A stretch of DNA of 64,000 nt, taken from contig NC_043015.1 in assembly GCF_006345805.1 (NCBI RefSeq), positions 38,502,001 through 38,566,000 of the forward strand, given 5' to 3'. Positions 39,001-52,890 of this stretch are shown here, piece after piece; within the stretch, counting starts at the first letter, position 1, and every line of letters begins with the position of its first letter. A program made the position numbers and the translations under genes. This DNA comes from Octopus sinensis (Eukaryota). Below the pieces are notes generated by a model that saw nothing but the letters and a program-made list of their open reading frames with translations, ran no database searches and was not told the origin of the DNA.

Positions 39001-41757
39001 CACACAAACAAAAAAAACGTGACTGAAATTAATTTACCGCGGAGGGACATTTTAAAGTTAAAACACACACATTTGTGTTCCTCGAACGATAGCTGATAGC
39101 CATCGATATCATTGTTGTACTTACCATCTTTAGAAGGGGGTTCACTGTTGCTCTTTGGCCAAACAACAGCAAATAATTCCAAGTTCCGTCCTGACTTCCA
39201 CCCCGGCCAACTTTCCACTTAACACTGGACACCTACGTGACGTAATTAATGATTCCGACGACTGACCAATCGCCGTTCACTAAACCGGCTGAAGTCGCAG
39301 CTGATTGGTCACTTTGATTTTAATTCACTCAGCCTCTGACACACTTTTTTTCCAGATGCCTCCATTAGATATTTCCTTCAACTTCGTTAAAACTTCCGAC
39401 AACAGCCTGTTGTTGTTTGTGTGTTTGGTTGTATGAAAGCATCGAGAGATCATGTGTGTGAAAACGTGTTGGCTTCCTTTAACATGTATGCAGATATATA
39501 TATAGACTATGTATGTCTTGGTATCATTGTGTAAGGGGGAAAGAAAGACAGGTATTATGTAATAGACAAATATGAATTAGTGTTGAAATGGGGATGTCGG
39601 CGTCGTAGGGGCAACAGGTAAATTCCCGCCACCGTTGAAACGTCGATGCAGTTTCAAATCCCGAAGCTTTCTCTGATTTTTTTCTTTTTACTCTTTTCTT
39701 TTTTTTTTTTAATGATCTTTAGAAAAAAAAACAGTCATTATCTTTAGAAATAGACAGAAATGGTTAAAAGAGGACAGTACACAATGTTATTGAGTGTGTG
39801 TATTATTTGTTTATATATATATATATTTTACTTAGCCTGCGGCCATACTGGAGTGCCTTGACTGGTTTAATCGAACATATCAATCCCTGTACTTTTTTTC
39901 TAAGCCTTGTGCATATTCTATCAGTCCCTTTTTTTTTTGCCTAACCTTCAATGACGTTGACATAAACAAACCAACACCGGTTGCGAAGCTATGATGAGAG
40001 ACAAATACAAACATGCACATAGGAGATACATAAACAAATGACTAACTGTTTAACGAAGTTAAACAATTCGTTGGATATTTAACCAATTGATTAATAATAA
40101 AACTGAGTGGAATTAAAGCAGTGCATGTGTTAATATTGGCATGATGATCCTCCTTAGGACACAATAATACTATAAATATGATGTCTGAGCAAATGTTTAC
40201 ATTCTGCATTTGGCTTGAAAAGATTGAGCTAAAATCAGGTGTTTCCTATCAGCAGACACTTCTGGCTCTACACGTTTGAAGACAAGTGGAAGAAGAAAAT
40301 CCTTCCGTTGAAAAACAAGTAAAAGTTAGTGAGAGGAAGGCCTTGCAGCCATAAAACAATGTTTCAATAATTTTTTTTGTCCAATCCATGCTAGCATGGA
40401 AAAAAGGACCATAAAATGAATGAACAAGTAAGAGTGTGTGTTTGTGTGTGAATTAAAAAGCAATAAGTGTATATGCGAAACCAGTCAGCTAACTGAAAAA
40501 CAAATCATCATCATCGTTTAACATCCGCTTTCCACGCTGGCATGGGTTGGACGATTTTGACTGAGGTCTGGCAAACCATATGGCTGCACCAGGCTCCAGT
40601 CTGATCTGGCAGAGTTTCTACAGCTGGATGCCCTTCCTAACGCCAACCACTCCAAGAGTGTAGTGGGTGCTTTTACATGCCACTGGCGCGAGGGCCAGTC
40701 AGGCAGTACTAATGGTTATAAGTCAAAGATATTGATTCAAACATTCACAAAATGTTATTTATGCTTAAACACTTCGAAAAATATTGTGATATTTAATAAA
40801 TATGCAAAAATGAGGAAGGAAATGCAAAGGTTAGTGTTACAGTATAAACCTTCAAAAAATGCTCAAATTTAATCCCTCTATTCATAAAATCTCTTCATTT
40901 ATATCTTTTCTTGTTTGCAGTGTGATAAGAAAAGAAAAACCGGTAAAGAGAAAAGAATACTAAAAATGAAAGGAAGTTTTTAAACAGCAGATATTTTGCT
41001 TTATGCGAGCAATTACATAGAATATCATTTCTTGAATTCAAGCTGTTCTAGTTCTGTACTAATATCAAAATGATTTCAGTCATGCAAAGATGATAATTCA
41101 GGTTATTTCTGTTACTCCCATACTTTTAAGCAGGAACAGAAATAAGAATAGACAGAGTTATATAAAATGTGTTGTCACTAGCTTCTTTCAATCTCCAAAT
41201 ATATCTGGAAAGACCAGCTGAAAATTTATTTTTTTAGATTAACTTATGAATGTTTGTATAATATCTAGTTGAAAATTCAAATTGTATGCGCACACAAACT
41301 CACTTTTTGTACCTTTTTATATAATGTAGTGTTTACTATTCATTTGATGCATATATATATGTTTTTAGATACACGTGTAGGATATATTTTTTAAAATCTG
41401 CTTCATTATTATTTATGTTTTTTTTTTAATATTTACAGATATTGGAGCAAACCTAACAGGTAAGTGCAAATTTTCAATGCCTTGTTTTTCATAGGCTGAG
41501 ACAGGAAATTGCGTGTCTGTGTTTGTGTGTGTGAGATCATCATCATCATCATCATCACAATGTTCATTTTTCAATACTTGGTTGGATCAGACAAAATTCA
41601 TGGAGACAGATTTTCTAAGGCTGGATGCCCTTTTTTGTTGCCAACCATTTCCTATTTCCAAGCAAATTAGTATTTCTCCATGGCCAAACATGTTTTCATG
41701 GAAGATTGAAAATGAACAGCACAGCCTGTATGTCAGTTCCACTGGTTTACAATTATT

Positions 41758-41792
<35 letters not shown>

Positions 41793-41843
41793 TATACATA
41801 GATACACATATTATCTGATGGAAACTGAATGTATGTATATTAT

Positions 41844-41912
<69 letters not shown>

Positions 41913-42515
41913 TACATATATATGTATATATATACATATATACATATGTATATATATATATATGTGTGTGTGTGTATAATATACATACAAGTGGCTTCTT
42001 TCAGTTTCCAAGATGCCACGTGGTAGGACTAAGCCTAAAACCACATAATTAAGAGGCAATTTTCTTAACCGCAGCTATACATGCACCTATTGCAATGCCG
42101 CACAAATGATAAAAGCATGTAACTGAATTTATCAGCTACATGCTTTTATCAAAGGGGGGAAAAAAAGAAGTTTAACCTTCATCAGCTGCCTTGCAAAGTT
42201 TTCTGACAGTTTCAGCACCTTGAGATAGACCTACTTCTTCAGTGGCATTAACAACCATTGGATATAGTTGTTAGACACTTGATACAGTGAAGACAAGACA
42301 AGAAAAGGAAGATAATCATGTAATTGAGTTTTAGTGACTGGGATTAAGAAATTACAAGGATAGGAACAAAGTTTATGGTTAAGACTTGCAACTAAGACAG
42401 AAAAAAATAAGTGTTTTAATCATTCTCATTTCATTCTTCTTGTAGATCCGATGTATGAAGGATGTTACCATGGTTCCAAAAAACATGAAGGTAAGTTATT
42501 CATCTTATTATTATT

Positions 42516-42557
<42 letters not shown>

Positions 42558-45500
42558 AGAGTCACAATTGGTCGTATCACCAGAGTCTTGAAGCATGGTC
42601 GAGAACTCAGTAGATATTGCCAAACCCAAGTTACTTAGCTATTAGTAAGCACCATAGTGAGCAGAGTTCACTGTGCTGTAGATATGGCCAAAGATATTTA
42701 AATATGAACAACACAGTTCACCTAGCTGTAAGTAGGTTCCACTCTGTGGTACAGTACTTTGTATAGTGGACATGGCCAAAGCATTTAACAACCCAGTCAA
42801 CTTAGCTGTAAATAGGTCCCATATTGCAGTAGAGTCCAGTGTGCTGAATCCAAGGCACTTAACTGTTGATAGTCCAGTCTAGTTAGCTGTAAGCAGGTAC
42901 CACAGTGTGGTATAGTTTTCTGTGTTGTAGATATGTAGATACTATAGTGCCATAGTGAAGGTGCATGGCTCAGTGGTTAGAGCATTGAGCTTACAATCGT
43001 GAGGTTGTGAGTTCGATTCCTGGGCTGTGCGTTGTGTTCTTGAGCAAGACACTTTATTTCACTTTGCTCCAGTTCACTCAGCTGCAGAAATGAGTTGCGA
43101 CGTCACTGATGCCAAGCTGTATCAGCCCCTTTGCCTTTCCCTTGGATAACATAGGTGGAATGGAGAGGGGAGACTGGTATACATGGGCAACTGCCGGCCT
43201 TCCACAAACAACCTTGCCTGGACTTGTGCCTCAGAAGGTAACTTTCATGACCGAAGGGGGTCTCCTCATAATGTTATGAAATTTACTAAACTCTGTCCAT
43301 AGTCAAGACATTTCAATTCATTATTATTATTTGAGGTTTTTTATTTCATTACAATTTCGTTGGCATAGTCACAGTTATTTCTGTTACCATGGAATTCTTT
43401 ATCCCTTTGTTCCAGGTGACTTGGATGAGGTGCTGAAAAGAGCTTTCAATCAAGGACTTGAAAAGGTTTGTATGAGTCTTTCTCTTTGTGCGTAGATGTA
43501 TAGAATCTAAGTTCAATCCCACAGCATAACACATTGGCCTAGTCTCACTTGCTAGAGCCCCTGGGCCAGAAACTGATCATAGCCTGTCAGATATCTATAT
43601 CTATCTCTTGTCTGTCTATTTATCTATCTGTCCGTCCGTCCGTCCGTCCATCCATCCATCATCTATCTGTTTGTCTGTCTCTCTACCTGTCTATCTATCT
43701 ATCCATCCATCCGTCCCTCTGTCCATCTGTCTGTCTACCTATCTATCTATCTGTCTGTCCGTCCATCCGTCTATCTGTCTATTTATCTCTCTCTCTCTCT
43801 CTCTACCTATCTATCTATCTATCCATCCATCCGTCCATCCATCCGTCCATCCATCTATCTATGGAATGATGATGATGGTGGGTTATGATAATGAAGAATT
43901 TAGTAACATATATTTGCCATTATTAAGCTAATGCTTAGAATGTCAATTTTCAGGAAGTTTTTAAAACTTCATGAAAAATCAGAAGGTTTTTATTTAGAAT
44001 CACTTTTACACTGAAAGTTTGTCTAATAGAGGTGGGGATCATTACCATATTTCTGCTGTTTCAAGTAATTTTGAAAATAACGAAGAACTTTGTCCCTTAA
44101 TAAGGTGGTATATGTCAACTTAAGTTAACATGAAATTTTAATAGGTTTTAATTCAGATCACTTAAAGATAAGAACTTTGTACGAGGAGGAGCAAACTCTG
44201 GCAGGTTTATCAAATGGTCAATTTGTTTGACTGATATTTCTATCAGATCAACTGACTGCATAGAGACTTTCTATGTATTGATTTTAGATTGATTTAGGTC
44301 CATTTCATCAAAGCTAACCTCCAGCTGCACAACAAGAACATCAGCCGTCCAAGAATTTGGACCTGGAGTTCTCCATTTCCAGCGACTTCGAGGGCCACCT
44401 CCCAGTGGTGTCGGGTGTCAACTAAGAGCCCTCGACTACAACAAGACGACCACAGTTTTTTTTTTTTTTTCTTCCAAGGTCTGGAGTCTCCTGCTCCTAA
44501 GCCCTAGACCATCACCTAATCACCCTTACCTGTCTTGTTTGCTAATTACAGCAGCAAGAACAACAACTACAATTGATAATTAAGTCTAATATGCCCTCTT
44601 TTTCAGATTATGGTAACAGGGGGAAACCTTGAAGAATCTCAAAAGGGCCTGGAATTGGCCAAGACACATGGTTTGTGAATTTTTGTAAATTTCTTTCACG
44701 AAAATATTTATTTATTTTATATTTTATAAAAAGGCCAAATGGTTGATCAGATAAAATATTGTGAATCCCATTTCATAGATTTTGAGTTTAGGCCATTGTT
44801 GGTATATGGTTGTAATTTTGAGTAAAGACATTTTAATTCTGCATATACCTGTTCATTTAGCTGCAGAATGGAAGAGCAGATGTTCCAATGTTTCCTGGGA
44901 AAGTTACCTACAATAGACTGGCATCTTATCTCAGTGAAAATCTAGCTCTCATTCATCATTCAAGTGGGATTTAAGTACAATTTAATTCACAAAAGGATTA
45001 ATATTTTCATATAAGGTCCCTGAGTTGGAAATGAAGTGTAGAAGGTTAAATGTCTCATAGCATCTGGTTGCAGGTTTCCCAGAACTTTTGTCAATATCGT
45101 CATTTTTTTAGCCATCTTAGAAACATCTGAACCACTCATACACTTTTTGAAACTTTGCATAGGCTTCTGAGCAAGTATCATCATAACAACTTTCTCTGTT
45201 ATGGTTAAAGCGATGATCACATGCTACACACCTTCCTTCCAAGCACTGCTATAAACAGCGGATGTAAACTAGAATGTTAAAACCTAGTGCACATGCACAG
45301 CAGAGTTCAAGGTCAATTGGTACCAAGCAACTTTACTCTGCTTGCTTTAGCTTTGTTACTGTGGCAACAGTCCGGATACTTATTGCTCAGGCCTCGTATA
45401 CAATGTATTGAATATATTTCATGTTTATACACACACACACACACTCATAAACAGTATAGCTTAAATTCATGTTCAGCCATATATATATGTGTGTTTGTAT

Positions 45501-45764
45501 ATATATACACACATACACACAACGTATTATCAAAAATATTTGTCATGTTTCTAGAACGTTTGTTCACCACTGCTGGATGTCACCCCACAAGATGTGGGGA
45601 GTTTGAAGACTCTGGTGACCCTGAGAAATACATCAAGGATTTAACGACCCTTATTTTGTCCAACAAGGACAAAATTGTGGCTGTTGGGGAATGTGGCTTA
45701 GGTGAGTTTATGATACTCTTTCTCTTTACTTCTTTCTCTCTTCCTCTCTCTCCCTTTCTCCCCC

Positions 45765-45802
<38 letters not shown>

Positions 45803-48800
45803 GTATAACGTGTATTGTGTAATTAAGTAATATTTATCTCTCACCAGGTGGAGTATGTTTTTGTTGTTACCATCACAGAGCAGTACATTATGTGTATATA
45901 TATATATATATATAATATATATACCGGAGTAAACACATAAATGTGAAACAAGGTGGAAAAAAGAGTACTCAAATACCAGTGGTAGAGTAATATGCTTTAT
46001 TTTAAGCAGCATATATATGTGCCACCTGACTGGCTCCCATGTAAAAAGCACCCTTTGAGCGTGGTTGATGCCAGTGCCGCCTGACTGGTCCCTATGCTAG
46101 TGGCACATAAAAATCACCCACTACACTCTCAGAGTGGTTGACATTAGGAAGGGTATCCAGCTGTAGAAATCTTACCAGATCAGATTGGAGCCTGGTGCAG
46201 CCTCCTGGTTTGTCAGTCCTTAGTCAAAGCATCCAACCCATGCTAGCATGGGAAATGGATGTTAAACAATGATGATGATGATATATATATATATATTTAC
46301 ATGTCATCATTTTGATAATGTTCACTTTCCCATGTTTGTATGGAGTGTATTGAGGCAAATTTCCTGTGGCCAGATGCTCTTCCTGTCACCAAACCTCTCC
46401 TGTTTCCAAGCAAGGTAATGTCTTCTCCTAATTATTCAGACATGATTTCACACAAACAACTCCCCATGTATGACTGTGATGTTTTGTTTTGCAATTAGAA
46501 GGAGTTTGGCAGTTTCTTGCTGAACAACCACACAGATGATTTGTTTATAGTGATCAAACGTTTGTGTAGACATAAGCTCATTCCCTCCATCAGATCGACA
46601 TTACCTGTACAGGTGTCACATGTCAGATGACAAAATGATTGCAGAACAACATGAAATGGAGTGCTTTGCTCAAGAAAGCAATGCCTGGTCTGGGAATCGA
46701 ACCCACAATCTTGCATTTGTGAGTGCAACCCCCTAACCATTAAGCCATGCACCTACACAAATATATATGCATGTATATATGTATGTATGAGTTTTTACCA
46801 ATAACACCATCATATTTTAATCACCACTACCATCACCACCACCACCATCATCTTTCATTAAAATTCCATCCCTTATATTTTTTCAGATTACGACCGTTTG
46901 CATTTCTGTCCAAAAGACATTCAACTGAAGTAAGTAACACACTTTGTACTATATTGTTGTTTTCATGTTATTTTTGTTGATTTTGTTGTTGTTGTTTAGC
47001 CCCAGGCCAGACTTTATCAAGTAGGTTTCTGGTCAAAAAATATTCCAGCCATGCCCATCCAGTCAAATTCTTTATGTTCAGAGAACCCAGGACCACGTTA
47101 TCCAATGCGTCCTTTATTTTAAGACAATGAGATGTGATCAGAGAGAGAGAGAGGTTGTTGTTGTTGTTGTTCTGAAGCTGGCAAAATCGTTAGCACACCT
47201 AGCAAAATGCTTTGCAGCAATTCGTCTAAAATTGCTGGCCCTGTGCCAAAATTTGCAATCATTATTACCCCCGCCTTATCAAAGGTACAGGTATTGTTTT
47301 CAGTTATGTTTGTTTGTTTGTCTGTGGACAAGATATCTCAAGAACCACTGGATGGATTCGAATGATACTTTCAGGGATGTTTGGCCTCATGACTGGCACA
47401 AATTGATTAGATTTTGAGATTAATCTGGTACTGGACAAGGATTCTGGATTATTTCTCTGTTTTTTTGTTTACTTAATTTTTGAGAACGGTCGGGTTCATT
47501 ATTAGTATTCTTGTTTGTGAGACCCGTCGAGTTTATTTCAGATATTCTCATTTTAAAAATCATCTCTGGCTAATCGTTGAGAGGATATTGGTGTTGCCTT
47601 GGCAGGGGTTTCCACTCTCAGAATGCTCTTGTTATTATTATTATTATTATTATTGTTGTTGTTGTTGTTATCATTATTATTCCCTTTAGGTACTTTGAAA
47701 AACAGTTTGCCATTGCCGAAGAGGTGAAGTTACCAATGTTTCTACATTCCAGAAACTGTTCTGATGATTTCTTGGACATCATAAAAAGAAACAAACACCG
47801 CATTACTGGAGGAGTGGTAAGTGGAACCAGAACAATTCCTCTTTCTTCTAACTCACTTTCTCAATGATTCTTTGACACAAACTTCTGATCCTTAAAACAC
47901 TCAAAACCTTGGATTGCCCCTGCATTATTATAATCATAGTAATATCCAGTTTCCCATGCTTGCAACCAGATTTTCTATGGCCTCATGTCCTTCCTGTCTG
48001 CAAACTTCACTTGTTCCCTAGTAAGGTAATATTTCTCCATAGCTGGACATGTATTTCTGGGAGACTTAGCAAGAAAAAAAATACCTGGCCGTATATACGT
48101 GTGTATATATATAAAATTCAACCTTTATGATGTTCTATTTATGGAAACCTTGGTCCTTTTGTCTGAAACAACTGTCTGGGAAAATAAAAATGAAATAAAA
48201 GCAAAATCCATTTTAACAGCCAATCTGATACATTTATTTTATTTGATGGAATTTATTAAACTTTGGTTTAATAAAATATGTCTGGTATTGATTATTTCTT
48301 TATATAATATATATATCCATATAAATCAAATGGGGTGATTATAACAAGGATATCCACAGGTAGTGTAGTACAAACGTTTCATGCTAAAAAAGCACCATCC
48401 GTCCGTGGCCATCTGCCAGCTCCGTCTGGCACATAAAAAGCACCCACTACACTCACGGAGTGATTGGCGTTAGGAAGGGCATCCAGCCGTAGAAACACTG
48501 TCAGATCAGACTGGGCCTGATGCAGCCTTCTGGCTTCACAGACCTCAGTTGAATCGTCCAACCCATGCTAGCATGGAAAGCGGACGCTAAATGATGATGA
48601 TGATGAAGTATCACATCAGTTTTAAAATATAGACCACTCTTCAGCCACATATAGAATTTTTTAATTAAATAGACAATGTTCCTTACTATGTAAGGGGATG
48701 TCCTTTAGGGAATAGGGAGAATTCACGGATTCTCTTTTGGACATTTTACACTCCGGCTGCACCTCTCCTGCCTATGACTTCCTCTGGACTCTACTCTATG

Positions 48801-51113
48801 AAATGACATTCTTTTATAGTCACCAGGCCGTGTGTGTATGTCTGTATCTGTGCATGTATATGTACCTGTGTATATTTTCACCATTTAACCATTTTATTTT
48901 AGGTCCATTCTTTCACAGGAAGCAAAGAAGAAGCTGCAGCTTTGATAGAAGAAGGTCTTTATATTGGCATCAATGGATGGTAAGTGACATTTACCAATTG
49001 TTTCTGAGATTATTACTTTCTTTTCTACTTCCTTCTTTCAATTTTGGGCGGGGTATTATGTCCAATGCAGGTACTATTTAAGAAGAGTGGTCCCGGGGCG
49101 CGTACTCGCGCATCCGTGCTAGCTAGTCGTGACTAGTCGATCCTACAACGACTACCTAGCAACGTAAATAAAACACAAAATAAATAATTTTTTTAAACAA
49201 AATAACACGAAAACAAAGGATCGACTAGTCACGTCTAGCTAGTGCGAGTGCGCGCACCGTGACCAATCTTCTTAAATAGTACCCAGTATAGTACACTGGA
49301 TAGCTATACAATATAATATAATTTATGTATCTTTTAAATTCAAAGTTCTTTGAAGACCCAAGAAAATATCGATGCCATGTGTTCCATACCACTGGAAAGA
49401 ATGATGATAGAAACCGGTAAGAAATGAGATATTTATTAACATTTAGTATTTTCATCATCATCATCGTCAACTTTATTATAGAATTTGTTTAAAGTTCCGT
49501 CAGGATGAATGAAATCTGTGAATTACTGCAAGTTCTGTAGTCAGACCGTATGGCGGTAGGGGAGGTAATCGAAGATGCTAAGCTACATGGGAGACGTCAC
49601 TGTATTACCTCCCTTCGCAAAATGAACGAATTGGATTGTAAAATGGAAATAAATCCAAGAAAACGGCTGAACGCGCGTCAGGGATTAACAGGGGAAAGGC
49701 GAAGGGTTGGAAATCGTAGCAAATCAAGCTGAGAAATGCCTTACCAGTTAGCACTTTGGGGAAGGTGGGAATGAGAATATTATCAATTCCACATAATGAA
49801 ACGGAACCTGAGCTGAAGGGATAATAATAATAATGCAATTATTGTCTGCAGTGCTCAGGTGCACAACTTGTCAGGTGTGCATAAAGCATCTGCAGTAATG
49901 CACAAATGTCGGGGAAGTCCCACTGCATGACACCTTTGGTCAGGTGTCTTCTACTATAGCCTCAGGTCGACAAAAGCCTTGTAATAGGATTTGGTAGATG
50001 GAAACTGAAAGAAGCCTGTTGTGTGTGTGTCTGTCCCCCACCACTGCTTGGCAACCTGTGTTGGTGTGTTTATAACTTAGCAGTTCAACGAAAGAGACTG
50101 ATAGAATAAGTGCCAGGTTTAAAATGTAATAAGTACTGGGGGGGTCGATTCCTTCAATTAAAATTTTTCAAGGTGGTGCCCCAGTATGGCCAGAGTTTAA
50201 TGACTGAAAGATAAATATTCCAGTTTCAACTCAACCTCCTCCAACACCTATCTTTTGCTTTGGCCCCTCCCCTCAAAAACATGCTTCAACTCAACCGTAA
50301 TTATAGTGTTCCCGCATGGTTACAAATGCTGATTTGAAACTAGTTCAAATAAAAAATAATTATAAACTCAAGTTATTGACTTCTTTTCTATTTTTTTTTA
50401 AATCGTATCTAGATGCTCCATGGTGTGAGATTCGGCCGACCCATGCTGGAGCAAAATTCATCAAGACAACTTTCCCAACAAAGAAGAAAGAGAAATGGGA
50501 GAAAGGATTTTGTGTGAAAAGTCGAAATGAACCTGCAAATATTATGTAAGTGACTGGATATTACTATAATAATAGATTTAATTATGATGGTATAAGCTGT
50601 GGAGTAACCCATTGACAATCAGGTTCTCATTTAGAAGAATTGGAGGAGTATTGCTTATGTAATAATGCTAGTAGCTACAGACTAATTTTCTCCTTTGTAT
50701 GAGGGCGAGTCAAAAAATAATGCCACTTTGTTTAGGACAGGTGTAATTACCAACACAGGAACATGTATCATACATCAAAATGAAGCTGGTCATCTGTGGA
50801 TCACATCCCTACTTCTCAGCATAGTCACCATTTCTCTCAATAGCAATGTTCCACCTTCAAATACCAGCATGGAAAAACAGACATTAAATATGATGATAAT
50901 GAGTACCTGAAGGATTCGATTTGCCGTATTTGTTCTCCATTAAATTATTAACACAAAACTTAATTTTGTTTCCTATATTTTTTTTCAAAATTCCTCTTTT
51001 CTCGTTTCAGCCAAGTTCTTGAAGTGATAGCAACAGCTCGGTCTGAAGACATCAACACTGTTGCAGAAACAGTTTATAGGAATACAATGGAAATGTTCTT
51101 CAAGGAATCCTGA
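33477..51113 (+). CDS. TATDN1: TatD-family DNase TATDN1; exons 33477-33492, 41439-41459, 42446-42490, 43416-43465, 44607-44670, 45555-45701, 46887-46929, 47690-47816, 48903-48979, 49346-49416, 50413-50545, 51011-51113 (897 nt, 298 aa)
   Basis: Phase-consistent splicing gives MFKFIDIGANLTDPMY...TAGCHPTRC...[17 protein letters not shown]...LPMFLHSR...GGVVHSFTG...YIGINGCSLKT...IETDAPWC...RNEPANI. The metal-binding E/H/H/D motifs are intact. Exon 1 (ATG TTC AAG TTT ATT G|gtaggt) is the least certain because it is only 16 coding nt. Confidence 0.95.
39225..39315. promoter_or_regulatory. Promoter-like element inside TATDN1 intron 1 (CRE-like TGACGTAA, inverted CCAAT pair)
   Basis: CCAAT at 39266-39270 and ATTGG at 39304-39308 form a 9-bp inverted repeat TGACCAATC/GATTGGTCA. 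The region is CpG-rich with divergent splice donors at 39124(-) and 39618(+). Confidence 0.45.
43590..43862. repeat. Compound tetranucleotide microsatellite (ATCT/GTCT/GTCC/ATCC)n
   Basis: Seen directly; accounts for the ORFs at 43549 and 43608. Confidence 0.95.
49070..49283. mobile_element. CpG-rich hairpin MITE (about 70-bp TIRs) in TATDN1 intron 9
   Basis: GGTACTATTTAAGAAGA...GTGACTAGTCGATCCT is mirrored by AGGATCGACTAGTCAC...TCTTCTTAAATAGTACC. A possible CAG duplication flanks it. Confidence 0.82.
50699..50866 (+). mobile_element. Mariner-like terminal fragment
   Basis: Begins TATGAGGGCGAGTCAAAAAAT, a typical mariner TIR start; no transposase is evident. Confidence 0.5.
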
Positions 51114-52890
51114 TTACTTGAACCACTCTCTCTATTTTATATATATATATATAATAAATATAAAATGTAAAGTTTAATCCTTGCTTAGGACTGTGATCAA
51201 CAAGTTGAGAAGACAATATGGGAAATATAAACTAGATTGGATTGGATTAATTGTGATCAAGAAATATTTTCCACATTCAATTTATAACCTAAACCATTGT
51301 CTTTGGATGAAAAATAAATTCTGTTGATATTTTCAGTTGTTTCTTTTCTGTCAAACTTTAATCCGTTCGTCACCATTTTTGTTGGAATACACTGCCTTTA
51401 TTTCAAAAGTGCTAATCTCGAATTGTTGAGGGAAGGTTTGGAAGGGGTAGACCCAGGAAGATGTGGGGCAAAGTGGAGGGAAAGGATCTTCAGATGCTGG
51501 GCCTCACAGGGGAGATGACTAAGGACCAAGATTTCTGGCAGTTTGCTGTGTTTGAGGACATGTCAAGCTAAGTAAAACCATTGGTAGTCCAATAATCCTC
51601 TTGGTTATTTTGCTATTTTTATGGACGGCCTGTGCACCAAATATTATCATCATTATCTTTTAACACCTGTTGTCCAGTTAGACAGTTTGACCAGAGCCAG
51701 CAAGTCGGAGAGCTGTGCCAGATTCCAGTCTGATTTGGTCTGGTTTCCATGGCCAGATGCCCTTACTAAACACCACCACTGGGTGCTTTTAACATGGTAC
51801 CAGCATGTAAATGTGGATGGTAAAGATTCTCTGGTCTGAGAGGAACCAAACTCAGTTCTGTGAAGGCACAAACTAACAGATACACTCTACAATTACAGAA
51901 TGTTGTCACTTCTTACAGTAACGAACACAGCCGTATCTCACGGCCCCTATTTTGAGCTAGGTGGACTAACAAGACTGACATGTCTTGATTAATGGCACTT
52001 TATTATGATTAACTGCTTCCCACCCACCAGGAGTTTGCCCTTTATTAATTCAAGCAATATTGACCCTTCACAATATTTTATGGTCCCTGTTTTGAGCTAG
52101 ATGGACTCTACCAACAACAGCTAAATGTCTTGATCAATGGGCCTTTACTGTCATTGACTCTACCAAAAAGGGGGTTTTAACTGCTGTCTTGTCCACTCAG
52201 AAGTTTGGAGTGGAAGCACTTCGTCGGTTACGACGACGAGGGTTCCGGTTGATCCGATCAATGGAACAGCCTGCTCATGAAATTAATGTGCAAGTGGCTG
52301 AGCACTCCATGTGTACCCTTCACGCAGTTCTCGGGGGATATTCAGCGTGACACAGAGAGTGACAAGGCTGGCCCTTTGAAATACAGGTACAACAGAAACA
52401 GGAAGTAAGAGTGAGAGAAAGTTGTGGTGAAAGAGTACAGCAGGGATCACCACCCCCTGCCGGAGTGTCATGGAGCTTTTAGGTATTTTCGCTCAATAAA
52501 CACTCACAACGCCTTGTCTGGGAGTCGAAACCGCGATCCTACGACCGCGAGTCTGCTGCCCTAACCACTGGGCCATTGCGCCTCCACGCTCAGAAGTTTA
52601 TTTATTGATTCAACCATCGCTGACCCTTACTTTAACCCAAGTTCATCTTAAAAAAGAAAAGACGCATATCATCAATAGTAGAAGACAAGAATACTGCACA
52701 GCAAAAATACACCAAAAGCTATGAAAGAAGAAGAGTAAATTGTGGTTAATAGGAGCTTTTTTATTTATTTTTTATTCAAACAAGTACTTTTGTCTCCTTT
52801 CATTTTAGCTTTAGTTGTTTGTTTTTGCGTTATTTAATGGTCTTAACAAATTTTAAAAAATTAAAATTCTCCTTCAATTCCAGCCGATTC

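Noticed and set aside
40141-40188. ATGATGA...CTGA box pair (also about 34006-34075)
   Set aside because: Too short or lacking a terminal stem and guide; the second resembles an RTE (GAT)n tail.
40921-40942. Alternative upstream TATDN1 exon (CDKKRKT)
   Set aside because: No start codon and no similarity to the family N-terminus; 33477-33492 (MFKFI) fits far better.
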